Shown piece by piece: positions 36,440 through 49,158 of a stretch of 64,000 nucleotides of DNA. Made by a program: the position numbers and the translations under genes. The notes beneath the pieces are model-generated. The model did not search any database and was not told the origin of the DNA. It worked only from the letters and a program-made list of their open reading frames with translations. The first letter of the stretch is position 1. Each line of letters opens with the position of its first letter. The stretch is from Hyphochytrium catenoides (lineage: Eukaryota > Protista > Hyphochytriomycota), in assembly GCA_900088475.1 (NCBI GenBank), contig FLMG01000540.1:124001-188000 (forward strand), written 5' to 3'.

Positions 36440-39400
36440 CTAGATGAAGTTGATTGGTGAATGACATAGCAGACAGTACCCTACTTTATCTATCTCTTGT
36501 TCCAGCGTCGTCTGGCGGCAGGTTTTGCAATGATAGATGGGCTCATTACTCAGTATGGCAGCCCCGGTGGCCATACAAACCTGAAACTGCGTGTGGCACC
36601 TACCGCAGGAGCTGTGCCTATAAGAGCAGAGGATATGTCAAACCGTGTAACAACTGAGCTGAGTTGCTCAGCCTGTGATACTTTCAATGCATCCTCTTAC
36701 CATTCTCTAACCTCCTCATCACAGCTGGGGCAGCGTGGGGGCTGAATGGAAGGATTGTGGGGAGTGTGCTCTGCGAAGATTTGAAGGGCGAGATCTACAT
36801 ACAGCTGCCGCTGTTCAGCTGAGAGTGAAGGCAGAGTTTCCAACTTCAGGAATGCCTGCGGAACGCAAGGTGGACGTCAGCCAATGGGTGGAAAGTCGCG
36901 AATTTGGACCAGTGCCACGCCAGGGGATGGAGGGAGTCTCGTGTTGGTTATTCAATTGGATGGTACTTCGCACCTTGCTGCACTCCTTGAAATATCTGTT
37001 GAAGAATGAGGTTAGGGCCACTAGCGAATAGACGTCTTTGGGTTCCAAGATGTCATCATATTCTGGCAACCTCAGAGCCGTATTCATGGCAGCATCGACT
37101 TGGCCCTGGGAAGGTCGAAGAGATTGTTAGCATTCGTTGACCGTGGCTGCCGTATATATGATGCAAGGTTAGGGCTTACCATGTAGAGCTGCCTCAGAGC
37201 CAGGAGATAGAAGTGATAGGCTAGCGGACCTCGCCATACGTTGTCAAGGACACGACTGAATAGAGATTTAGAAGAGTCAGATAGGCCCTGAACCCTTGTA
37301 ATGAACCCTTCTTCGCTTTCCCTTCCTATCTTTGCCTAAAGGACAGCCCTCTCCTGCACCTTTTGGATATCTCTGTTTACCCATTCCTTCTCTCGTTCTC
37401 ACTCTTCGTCGTTTAGTGAATGCCTGATCAGGAGTGTTCAAACCTTGATGCAGTTGTCTGATCGTGATGCATCAATGTGTCCAAAGTCTTCGCGGTTGTT
37501 TGGGCGGCACTTAAACCTTCATGCAAGGTCTGCCCCTACAGGTTGGAAGTAGAGCAGAGTAGGACAGGTTGAAATAGAGCAGGAAACAGCAAGGATCAGT
37601 GTATACTTGATGGAAAAGTCGATGCAGAGATCAAGCAACTCAAGTCACGAAGACAGTGTGTAGGCTAGGCAAGTTGTGCTCTCAGTCTTGCTCTTTCCAC
37701 ATTTCAACTTTTTCCTGGCATCTCCCTTACCAGCGTCTTCTTCTTAAAGACCTCCACCTCCAACGCGGCGAGGACGTATAGTTTTTTTGCTCTCACAGGG
37801 TTTCCTTTCGTCCTTGCAATCTCATCTGCCAGCTTAGCCAGGAGTTTGGCGGCATCAGCACTGCGATTAGCCTTTCGGTACAACTCAATGGCTTGCAGTT
37901 GTTTCCCTATAAGAAGAAAGGTTTTAATGGCCCCCAGCCTGAACCATCAGAATCCGAGACTGATATAGAAGAGGGTGCCCAGAAGATATGGGAGGGAAGT
38001 GAGAGCGAAGGTGAAGCTTACCCTTCTCTAGTAGCTGTTTGGCATATTTGTTCAACAGCCCCTCGATCTGTGGAAAGTTGTGCTCTTGAGCGAGGTTCAC
38101 GGCCTTGTCCCACTGGTTAAGTAGTACACAGGCATCTAGAGCCGCTAAAGAACAAGACAATGATTATAAAGCTTGATCAAGACCTTCATCTGGCCGAGAT
38201 CTTAGTCCCTTTGTCCTCCTTGCTTCCAAGTACACAATTGAACATCTCTCCTCAATTCTCCATTTCAGGCACTTCCTCATCCCTCCATACTCCTCTTCGC
38301 AGCTGACTCTCCATCTTCCTGAGCTCTCGGCCACTTGGCCCGTCTTTCTCCCTCGGCAATCATTACTATTCTGCACTCTCCCTCATAAAAGTTTCCTCTG
38401 CATCGTTGCTATCGTGGTTCTCTTACCCTTTACGTTTCCTGTCTTGACATACGCATTGACCGCGTACTCTGCGATTCCAACACTCTGGAACTTCATAGCA
38501 ATATCCTGCAGCAGCGGAGAGCCTTCGGGCAGCATGCGACTTACCTGTATAGGCAAGCGATCAAATAGAAGAAGTAAATCCATGGTATCGCGTGAGTCTA
38601 ATCACTGGCGATGCAAGCTCACCCTCTCTAGGGACTCATAGTCTTCCGTATTGAAAAAGCACTGGACCAGAGCCTCATAGTTCTTGGCCTGAGAGTAGTA
38701 TTGAGCGGCCTTCGCCCATCTCAAGCGATCTGCATAGTGCTCGCCTAAATTGGGATGAAGACGGCAACAAGTAGCGTTAATGTTCACATGTAATTGATCT
38801 AGGAGACCAGTAAGTGATCAGGAGAGGGACGGCTGGTAGACAGTAGTGAAGACTTAAGAGCAAAGACTTGCATGGAGCTACTCCCGCAACGGCAGCAAAG
38901 AAGTCAGGCACGCTTATCAAAACAGGACATTTTATGCAACGCGACAAGAAGCTCCGCCCTATGGACTGCTCCTTGGGGTACAGGAAACATGTACAATCAG
39001 CACGAAGGTATTGGGTCATGTGGAGATAGACTTGGAGATAGAGGAGGCAAAAGCATTATCCCTTACCTATCATATTCCAGGCGTGAGTTAGGAGCTTATC
39101 ATCCCCTCCACCACTTTGAAGCAGGGCGACAACCCTGAACCAGTCGCCCAGCCGTACTCGCAGCTCTACCGCTAAGTCCTTGCGGTCCATGTCTCGATAT
39201 ATGCTTTCAGCCTCATCGTATCGTTCAAAGAACACGGCGATCTACGGTGAGGCGAATGCGAAAGGGGTCAGTTCCTCGCCTTCCAAACCGGCACCCTTTA
39301 GGACTAGATGAGATAGTAAAAACAAGACTTGGACAACGCGATGGAAGAAGAACGGGTTTTTCACGGGCAGAACCCAGTCAAGAGATGGAAACGCAAGCTA

Positions 39401-42400
39401 TATTCATGACCTACTTCTGCTTTCTGTTTCATCTTGTCGTCGAGCTTCTGCAAACGCTTCACAAATTGAATGGCTGGATAGTTTGCACAATTGACGAAGG
39501 CCACGTCCGCAATGCTGAAGTTCAACTCCTATAAAAAGAGTGAGCACAGTGGAGGATATGGTCAGACAGAGTAAGATACACATTGAGCTTAGTGGTTCGC
39601 TAAACAAGGGCTTAGAAGCAAAAACCTGCAAGATGAAAGGAAAAAAGGACTTGCAGAGCAACGTACCTCAAGAGCTGCTTCCCCTAACATCTTCCATAGT
39701 CTTGGATGCTGATTGTTCTGTACAAACTCAAACGCTTCGTTTAGCCCGCGGTTATTGAGTACATCCAGAGCGTCTTTAAGAGCCTTTGTCTCGATCACAG
39801 TGACCTACGAAACCGCATACCCATGGAGGTGGTCATCAGAGCAAGTGGGCTGCAGAGGGTAATGTGTTGATGAATAAGGAGAAACGTACGTAGAGATTCT
39901 CAGAGAAAACTTCCGGGAAAGGGAAACAACTAGAAGTCGGTTCTCAGGAGCATATGAGAAGAGGGGAGACCATACCACATCCTTAGTGGGACGATCAGGC
40001 TCGGCCATGACCTCGTCCATGAGAACTAGGGTCACTTCAAGGTCTTTAAAGCGGCAAGGATAGCCAGAGGTCATGACAGGGTCTTCAGGTGTCAGGCCTC
40101 TGAAAAACAACAGTTGTAAATAGAAGCAAAATACATTGCAGGGGTGAAAGAGACAGAAAAGGCTGAGAGCAAAATCCTTGCGCAGAAGTAAATGGGATGG
40201 AGATTGGGAAGTCTGAGGTGGACATACCGGTAAACAACAAGCTTCGTCTTCTCCATGATGGCAAGCAGATCTGGATTGTCCTCAGCCCACACCATTGCCC
40301 AGACGTCTAACAAACCAAAAAATAGGGAGTTAGAGAGAATCCTACTAGGGCAGATGAGTAGCGGAGCGGAGATGGGACCAAGCAGCAAGATATCACATTG
40401 AAAGTATTGAGACAAAGAGAAACGGAGAGAGGAAACCTGGACGTATAGCCTATTACCTTTTCTCTCAAACTCTGTCGGTACTACTGTCTTAGACTGGCCG
40501 CTAGCTATGGCATCTATGGCGATATAAGGGCACGTTAGACTCCAAGCATACTCTGTTCTCAGAGGTCCCCATATTCGGGGAGACAAGGACGATGGATAGG
40601 GCGAAGGAGCCCTTGAAGAAGAGGAAAAAGTAAGAGCGCAGACAGTAAAGTGGAAGCAGAAGCAACAGAAGGGAGAACACGGAGAGGTACACGAAACAGC
40701 CCAGGCTACACCAAATCAAGAACGGAACCGAAGGGAAAAGTAGAGACATCGCCTTACTGATATCGATCATGCTGAGGTAGCCATTGGCATCAATCATACT
40801 AAGCTTGGTCTCATTGCAGTTAAGCGCCAAATAATGTGGCTTACACCTGCCAAAGAAAGGAGAAGGTTCATTCAGAATAGTTATTACGAAGGTAAGTGGC
40901 TAAAGCGTCCTACCCCACTGTGCACTTGGTTTCCAGCGCGATATGAGGCAGAGAATAGCGGTGGATGAGGCCGCTCTCTCTTGCAATAATCAGCTGATTT
41001 TCAGATGCACAGATAGCTGCTATTGGGTCTCTTGTTGCGGAGGTGGGAGCAAACTCGCTGTCAGCAGTAGGATGAGGGTCGTCGATATGAAAGGACCTCT
41101 CTCGGCTCTTATGTCTGATAATCAGGATAGAGGTGAGGGTTAAGCGGGATGTCGGAGAGCCTTTGCTATAATGCGCATGCTACTTGTGCTGTCCTCTCCC
41201 AAGAGTCGACCGTCCCACCCATTCCATCCTGAGAGTCCTAGCTACTTAGCCCAAATTTCCTCTCAGTCATCCTTTTCTATACTTGGTGCTCGTGAGAATG
41301 CCAAGACAAAGAGGAGCAAACTCGACTAAAACGGGAGCGACGAGATAGAATACCTTGTAAGGTGGTACATGGGTCCAACGGCTTTGCTTTCGGAAGTGAC
41401 GCTTGTAAGCTTCGATCCTGCTGAGCGATAGTGCCAGACATAGACTTCTTCCAGCGACGCCGCAATCACATGGAACTTGGTTATTACAAGATGGCGAGGA
41501 TCCAGAGTGATGTGCTTCATCTCCAAGGGACTAAATGAAAGCACAGAGGTCAGAGTAGTACAAGCTGGAAGGGTCAGGAGTCATTGGAAAGTATCTCAAC
41601 ACTTATGCAGAGGGCCAGGTCGGGGGAATGAAGCAGAGACCTAACAAGTAAATAGGAGCTATCAGTTCGTTTACCTGCCGATGGTGTTTGACAGAATGAG
41701 GCTATAGTTGTGCTCTTGGCTGGAGGACGACGTAGCGATAACGGAATACTCTCCACAAGCTGTGAGAGCGAAGACATCCCGCATGTACTTCGGGAATCTA
41801 ATAGTTATACATACAGACAGTGGCGTGAGTGCTAAGACGAAGAGCGACGGGCAAGGAAGGACGAACTAGTTATGAGACATCTGTACATCGTGGGTGACAG
41901 ATGAAATGTCTTCAGTGATCTCACTCAAGAGAATTGACAGTGACCCGAATTGTGGGAAGAGACACGATAACTAACTGAAGAGAGGGACATAAAGAGAGAG
42001 TACATGACAGGAAGGTCAGCGCTGCTTAGGAAAGTCTCCTACTTGTCATCAGATTGGACGTCGTAGAACAGGGTGCACTGGTCGTCGCGGCCGATCCTGG
42101 TATATGAATAGGCCAAAGTATGCTCGTAGAAACACCACTGAGATTTGAAAAGGCAATACGTCTTATCAATGGGTGCTCACAAACGGGAGGAAGGCTCATC
42201 AACAAATGTGGAAGCAAGGTTGAAGATTAGCGCGAGGAATTGAGGACGGAGAGACCATCCCAGCTCTTTCTTCTTCGTGCGTCCCACCTTATAGCTAGGG
42301 CGGATATTGGCAAAGTAGATGAAAGAGTCCACTGCAAAGGCAATTCTAAGACCCCCTCCCTCCCATGAAATGGCGCTTAGCCTGTTCCCAGGAATCTGCG

Positions 42401-44153
42401 CAGAGAGTGATGTAGCGTGGTTAGAGCAGGGGGTGGGAGTTCTAAGGAAGCAATGCACGCAAAGATCACTCTGTCTGAGCATGAAAGATAACACTATGGG
42501 TTAATTGGAACATTCCGCCCTCTATCAATATCACCGGTTGAGTCAAGATTTCGCGCTATTGACAAAAGTACCTTGAGAGCCCGGATGAGTTTGCCGAAAG
42601 GAGTGTAGAATTGGACCACAGTTGACCGCTTGTCATCTGCCGACCGGGTCGTGCCGCCGATGGCAAGGACAGATCCGTTGGTGTTCCACTTGCACTGTCA
42701 TCAGAATAACTATATGAGCGCACCCGCAAATTTTGACTAAATGGAGGAGACTTGAAAGCTCAAAACTCCATAAACATGAACACCGCATCAAGGAGGGAAA
42801 CGAGTGGGGAAGAGACGTAGAAGGTGACCTTTGACTGGCAATACGAGTATTCGGGAAAGTGATGGACAAGGGTTATGCGGATTATCTGGAGAGTTACTTA
42901 TACCTGCGTGAGTAGCAAGCCTGTATCAAGCTTGATGGCATTGTTATCAACCACTCCAGTGGTGATCTGCAGCCAGCCATTCTCAAAGGCCACCGCAAGG
43001 CTGGGACAGTCGGGAGCTATGTAGCCCTCCAAGCCATCATACCAGTCCATCGCCACTATTCTGGCGCTCTGCAGTACGAATGCAGAATCAATTTCCTTAC
43101 AATCCGCATTAGCATCGATGGCGGCAGTGACTAACCTTCCCGTGCATTTCATCTAGTGCGTAGAGGGGTAGCGCCATCACCCTGTTCCCACCATAGTCAT
43201 AAACGTCAACGTCTTTGTCCCCCTTTACAAAGAGAAGAGTCTTCCCGTCGGGTGACCATTGCACCAGTCGTAGCTCGGTCTCTAGCTCCTTACCCCAGAG
43301 CCGGTTGCCGTCAACACTGCCCACAATCACCTACGAAGGGAAGTACAGTCAGATTAGGAGTTCAAGTTGGATGGTGGTCAACGACGGAAGAGGGTTGACT
43401 TCGTACCGCTCCGTCCTCATAGACAATGCATATCCTATGACCATCCGGAGTCCACTGCATGTCTCGAACTAAACTCTTGTTCCTGTTGTTGATCATCTCT
43501 TCGTACCACATCCCCTATGAAAATGGCACAGGGATAGGATGGTAAGTACGACAATGGGGACCCAGGGCTCAACATTCCCATAATACTACCCACCTTATGA
43601 AGCATCCAGACGATGATGAGACCTTGCTTATCGCTTGTGGTCAGCTTTCGGAAACGTCCGTTCCATGTTACACACATCACGGAGCCTGTGCCATACACGT
43701 TGGACCAGCGCGGATGGTAGACTTTCTTTTGGCCTTACCACCGTGTCCTTCCAGTGTTTGGTTCATCGTCAGCTCGCTGGAAGCCGCAATACCTCTGGGC
43801 GGTTTGGGGTCTTTTGACTCCGCGGGATCAAGCTTCAGAACCTAAGGGAAAGAAAGAAGAGAGCAGGTAGCAGTGACAGGGGGACAGATCAGGTAGGAGA
43901 AAACCATGAGAGAGAGAGGGAGACACCTCGTTCTCTTCACGATTTTACTCCCTTGCTCAATGTGCTTACCTTGAGCAGGCCATTTTCTCCACCACAGGCG
44001 ATGTATCCCTGTTCTGTGTTCCATGATAGGCATTCCAGATTGATGTTGTTTGGTATAGCGATCTACAATGAACAGAAGTAGATGAGCCCGCCGACCGGTG
44101 CTCCGTCTGCATCTCATCGAAAATCTGACCTTTTTGCTTAGATAGACATACAT
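36440..44153 (-). CDS. WDR35: WD repeat-containing protein 35 / intraflagellar transport protein IFT121 (IFT-A), many exons
   Basis: MYVYLSKK|[109 protein letters not shown]. Ends in a Cys-rich C-terminus ...CKTCRQ...[12 protein letters not shown] (stop 36440-36442). Confidence 0.97.
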
Positions 44154-44577
44154 CCTTCCCTCTGTCTACCCTTCTTGCCGGCAAAACCGACAGCTTTTGC
44201 ACCACGGAGACTTGTAACACTTGTTATTGTAGGGAAGGTTTAGGCCAATACTGCCTCCGCTCTGCCACCTCAGCCGGCTAAGGTCCAAGACGGAAGTCAG
44301 CTCGTGCGACGCAGAGTTGGGTGACGCCCGGCGAGCATTTATGTCAAGGATAAGATACCAGAGTGCCTCCAAGAGCGCGAGAGACAGTATCAGTCTCTTG
44401 TTCCGTTATCCCTTTCTCTCCAATCGCTGTCCAATAGTCTATTCTCCGCTACAGGAGGGAAGCGGTGTTGTTGCTATTCTAGCTCGCCCGCACTCGTGAG
44501 ATGAGCTTCTCGTTATTACCTCTTTCTCTCTCCTCTCCTCTTCTCCCTCGTCTCGGTGTTGCTCGCTCGTTTGCCTA

Positions 44578-44692
44578 TATCTCCCAATCTCTCTCTCTCT
44601 TTCTCTCCCTCTCTCTCTCTCTGTCTCTCGCTCTCTCTCTTTTTCTCTCTCTCTCTCTCTCTCTCTCCCGCTCTCTCTCTCTCCCGCTCTCC
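44578..44692. repeat. Imperfect (CT)n microsatellite
   Basis: CT-rich run upstream of WDR35. Confidence 0.9.
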
Positions 44693-45299
44693 TCCGTGAA
44701 GCTGCCGCATGCCTTGAACGCCCTGTCCTATGAAGGCCTTAACTTAGAACTATTCTTCTGACCTTCGGACCATCTCGGACAACCTCCAACCTCTTTCACC
44801 TCCCATAGTGACTTTTCGTTGATCTGAACGAGAGCTACCCCAGGAGTGCAATTGGGGTGTTATCTTTCCAGATCTCCCCTTGGCCTTGGAAGTGCAGAAA
44901 GGACACAGGCCCATCATCATCAATCATCATCACCGTCAGGAAGAAAGAGGAAGGATGAACGAATCTGAAGGGCATCATGCATCATCGACGCTCGGACCTC
45001 CCAAAGACCCCGCTATCCTATGGCTGCTCATACTACGTTGGTCTCTCTCTGGACCTGGGCTCTACTCTCGGTCGAGCTCCATACCAGACGCTGACTGGCC
45101 TGACAACATCTTTCAGGACACATCGAAGGTATTTGTCACCGCGATGGTCATTTACAATTGATTGCAGTGATTCAGTTCATCTAATGGCACTGAGCTCTCA
45201 CTAGTATAGCTAGCTCATGAAGATAAGCCATTTTATGCGCGTCACCTGCGTCATCCTATATATAAATGGGCGGTCATGGCCTACTCTGGAGGCTAATGC

Positions 45300-48209
45300 T
45301 CAAACAGTGGTGATAGTAACATAGTCAGCAGACGAAGTTGAGGAGCTCCACATCCAACCGAAAAGCCAACCCAGCATTCCAGGCTCCTCAGCTCCCGTAT
45401 GCAACCGCACGATTTGTTCATCCTCTTGATTGCTGTCGTGATGCGATTCGCTAGGGGAACGTCGCGGTCGTCGGAACGACATTCTCAGCGGCCGGTGACC
45501 ACCGCGAAGCATCATCATGATATGGTGGAAAAAGGCGTCGCTGACATCATTGCCGTCCACCATCACTAGCTCATCATTTGGCTGCAGTCCACTGTAAATG
45601 GCTTGGGAGTTGGGGAGGACCCGCTTGACTGTGGCCCCTCCGCGGCCACTGTTTGAGATGAAATGAATCCCCAACGGCCCAGCTTTGGTGAACATGATGC
45701 TGAAATCAGCAGCAATGCTCTGGCTTGTACTGTTCAGCTCGAGTCCTTCGTCAACCAGCGGTCGATCCATAGAGCTCATGGCCGGGGTATCACCTTCACC
45801 GCTACCCTGTTGAACATCTTGAGGGCTTGAGGCAGCACCCGAAGCACTTATTCGATCTTGCCCAGACGCAGATTGCCCATCTGGAGTCTTAACATCTTCT
45901 TGTGTCACTGCAACGGTGGTCCCATTTGCAGAAGCGACCGTCGTTAACCGAGGATCATCCCAAGTCCTGCGCCGAGGTCTAGCTTAGTTGATATGCCGAA
46001 GGATTCAACCGATAGGAATTACTCACGTTGTTTGTGTCCGGTGGTCTACAAAGAACACATCCCCACTTTCAGTTTTGCGTATCTCCCAGCCCGGGGGTAA
46101 GGGAAGTTCCTGCTAAAGAAGGAGTTTAAGGTGAGGCTCCTTCATCATAGGGAATAACTCTATACTCACCAGTGCAGTGGGGGCACCGGGAACAGCAGGC
46201 ACCAAGCTTTCTTCTTGTACTGCTTGGGTCTCTCTTTGGGGATTTGCTGTACTTGACCAGTCTTCATGGTGCTCGGTATGAGAAGTGCCAGTCAAGCTAA
46301 CAGTGCGAGCCGGAGCTCCACTTTCAGAGGTATTTGGGGCTGTAGTCTATATTTCGTAGCTCTTTATAAAAAGAGGAAAAACAAAGGATTACAGAGAGTC
46401 TTTACTTCTTCATACCTGCCGAACCTTGTCAGATGACGCCGTAGGAGGAGTCATAATGCTCTGTTGATGGATTCTGGGATCCTCATCCGTACTGCAAACA
46501 ATCGAAGATCACACTCNNNNNNNNNNNNNNNNNNNNNNNNNNNNNNNNNNNNNNNNNNNNNNNNNNNNNTATACACAACAGGAATGGCTTCAGGGTTGGA
46601 TAGCTCCCAGTCTTCTCCCAGAGGGGTCGTCTTAAAATAATCCATCAAAAGTCCAATCTTCTCCCATCGTGGATCCTTCCATGATGTTTGTCTATCAATG
46701 TGGTTGAGATAAAATAGCTTCCCCGTGTCAGGGTCTCTTGCAGCCTATGTAGAATAGCTCCCTGAGGTGCCTTTTTTTTTTTGGAATACCGCGGCATCAT
46801 ACCTCCCAATCCGACGGTAAAGGAATAAATAGTCGTAGTGCAGTAAGAGCCAAGGCCCGCTCGCTGCAGACTAGATGCAGCTTGCGTAACTCCTCTTCAG
46901 CTACTTGTAGCTGCCCCTGAAACTCTTTGTGTGCATTCGCCTCCCGGACCTTCAATCTTGAATCTCTTGGAATACCCAGCTCCTCCTTCAATGTCAGAAG
47001 GTCCTTGGTTGCGTCCTCGCGTTGCTGGAAACAACGGGTCAGGTTCGCTGTGTCGTGCTACTCTACCGTTGGTTGTCCTTACCTGGATCGCGTCTTCCAG
47101 GGTGGCGCGAAGTGCAGAGAGAATCATTTTTTGTTCTTCAACTTGCTTCCTTAGCCTTTGGACTTCATCGACAGTGGGCTGGGACCTCCAATTAAGAGAT
47201 GCCTCACATAGGGGCAGTCCCTTCAACAGATACCTACCTTGACGTCATCTTGCTTGTCACTTGACGAGGACCGGACGTCCAACCTCTTGCCACCGTTCTT
47301 GACTGGATTGTGCTGGGCCATAATGTTATGAGTAGATACACAGTCCACCTTCCTTCACCCTAGTTCTTGGGCCTCCTTGTCCTCCTTTCCCCTTCACCTC
47401 GACCTCGCTACGGTCCACGAATCACCAGTTATCAGCAATTAATGGGGGTCACCTTTCTCGTCGCCTTCATATGCGGTCATTCTTCCGAAGCCTGTCGAAC
47501 ATAGTTGTCGTACCTCAAAGAGCAAGGACTGTAGCCCCGCAGGACCAGAAAAGAGCTCTTCAACAAAGGCGGCACCTCCTACTGATCTCAAGGCCTCAAG
47601 CATCACCTTGCAAAGCCTAAAGGGGAGGTGAGAAGGAACAATGGTTGAATGGAGATTGTAAATGGAAGGACGAACCGGATCTGAAATGGTATGGCCGCCT
47701 GCAGCTCTTGCTTCAAGGAGCTAGCTAAAACCTCATCTCTAGTGATAGAGCTGAGTTTACCGAGCCTTTGGCTTGTTGAGGAAGCAGCAGAGTTCCACTC
47801 CTGAACAGTAGTTCGAATTCTGTCGAAGATACCTCTTGTCTCGGAGAGCGATGATCTCTCAGGAGAACTGCGTACGCTTCCATTAGCTAGGCTAGGTGTT
47901 TCTGCAAGCGTGTTAGTCTATGATCCAGCATTGGGGACATCTTCTCTTGCACTCACCACTAGAGCCCAGTGCATCAGTTTCCGCATCGTGGCTCTTGAAG
48001 ACAGATGCATCTTCTGCGGGGTCCTTGGATGGACTGTCTGCTTCCCCTTTTGAAGCATGTCAGCTAACCTCCTTTTTGCTACGGTGTACCGGATTCGGAA
48101 CGGCCATACCTGTATTCCTGCTACGCTTGCGCTCGCGGTACTTATCTAGCCGGGCTTTCCCAGCCGCGGCCAAAGCTTCCCGCCTGTTCATATCCTCGTC
48201 CACCTTCAT
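45300..48209 (-). CDS. Coiled-coil protein with two WW domains and a C-terminal PDZ domain, spliced (contains an N-gap)
   Basis: WW1: LPSDWE|...DPDTGKLFYLNHIDRQTSWKDPR (~46665-46820). WW2: LPPGWEIRKTESGDVFFVDHRTQTT|TWDDPR (~45950-46105). PDZ: FTKAGPLGIHFISNSGRGGATVKRVLPNSQAIYSGLQPNDELVMVDG...LRMSFRR. N-terminus MKVDEDMNRREALAAAGKARLDKYRERK. Confidence 0.8.
46517..46569. other. Assembly gap (N run)
   Basis: N run. Confidence 1.
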
Positions 48210-49158
48210 TGAGAAGAGTCCTCTAGCTAGCTACTCTTTTCTAATACCTATTCTCCCCCATTCTTATTAGACTTGGAGGTGCATAGCTGGCTTTGTTGAA
48301 CGTTAGCGATGTCGGGTCAACACGAAAGGTCCATCTAGGTCCACTTGGCTATCAGGTCATGCCATAGGCTGTATTGCCCCAGGTCACAGTCACAGCAAGG
48401 TCCCCCGAGTGTATTTCTTTGTCCAGAAAAACCCCTAATTTTTACAGCTGCATCGTTTTCTACAAGGAGCCATGTATATGCAAAGCCAGAAGCCAACAAA
48501 TGTGCTGCCAATGTTAAGGCTGTCAGTATGACATCGCTCACTTCTGCGCACACCCAGCGAGACACCCGGCGTTTGCAGTGCCAAGAGGCCAAGATATGCA
48601 TCCATCAGAAGATCCGCAGACCAAACGGCACCTCGAGCTGCAGAGCAGGAAGGAAAGCAACGCCAATTTTGCCATCATTATTGCCCTTTCTACTGTAGAA
48701 CAGCGCTGCCTGCTTCGGCTTCCCGTCCTTTCTTCAAAACATTGAAACTGTACAACTACGATTTACCTTTATATACAGTCTTAGTCAAGAGGAAAATGAA
48801 CCAACTCAAGGCCTCAAACTGTAGAAAGGCCAACTTTGGAAAGTGCACAATTGGTTCTGAAGTCCATTGCTCAATCAGAACCCAAAGCGGCACGATCCCC
48901 TCTGAAGTGCCAGGGGCCAGGAAGATGGAAGACACGCTCCTGACTGCTCCTGGCGATGGTCCGCCTCAGCAGACACCGAGTCCTGACGTCTTCAGAAGCT
49001 ACCTTACTATTGATCAGCTTTCCTGACAGCGTTGTCACGGCTGTTGGGGCTCTTCAGGCTTCGTGCTTTATTGCCTCCTGTCCAGAAGGGCAATTGCTCC
49101 CGCTTGCAGCTAGGAACCCTTTCGTAGCAATACCACCGAGGTCAACGTGGCAGTCCCA

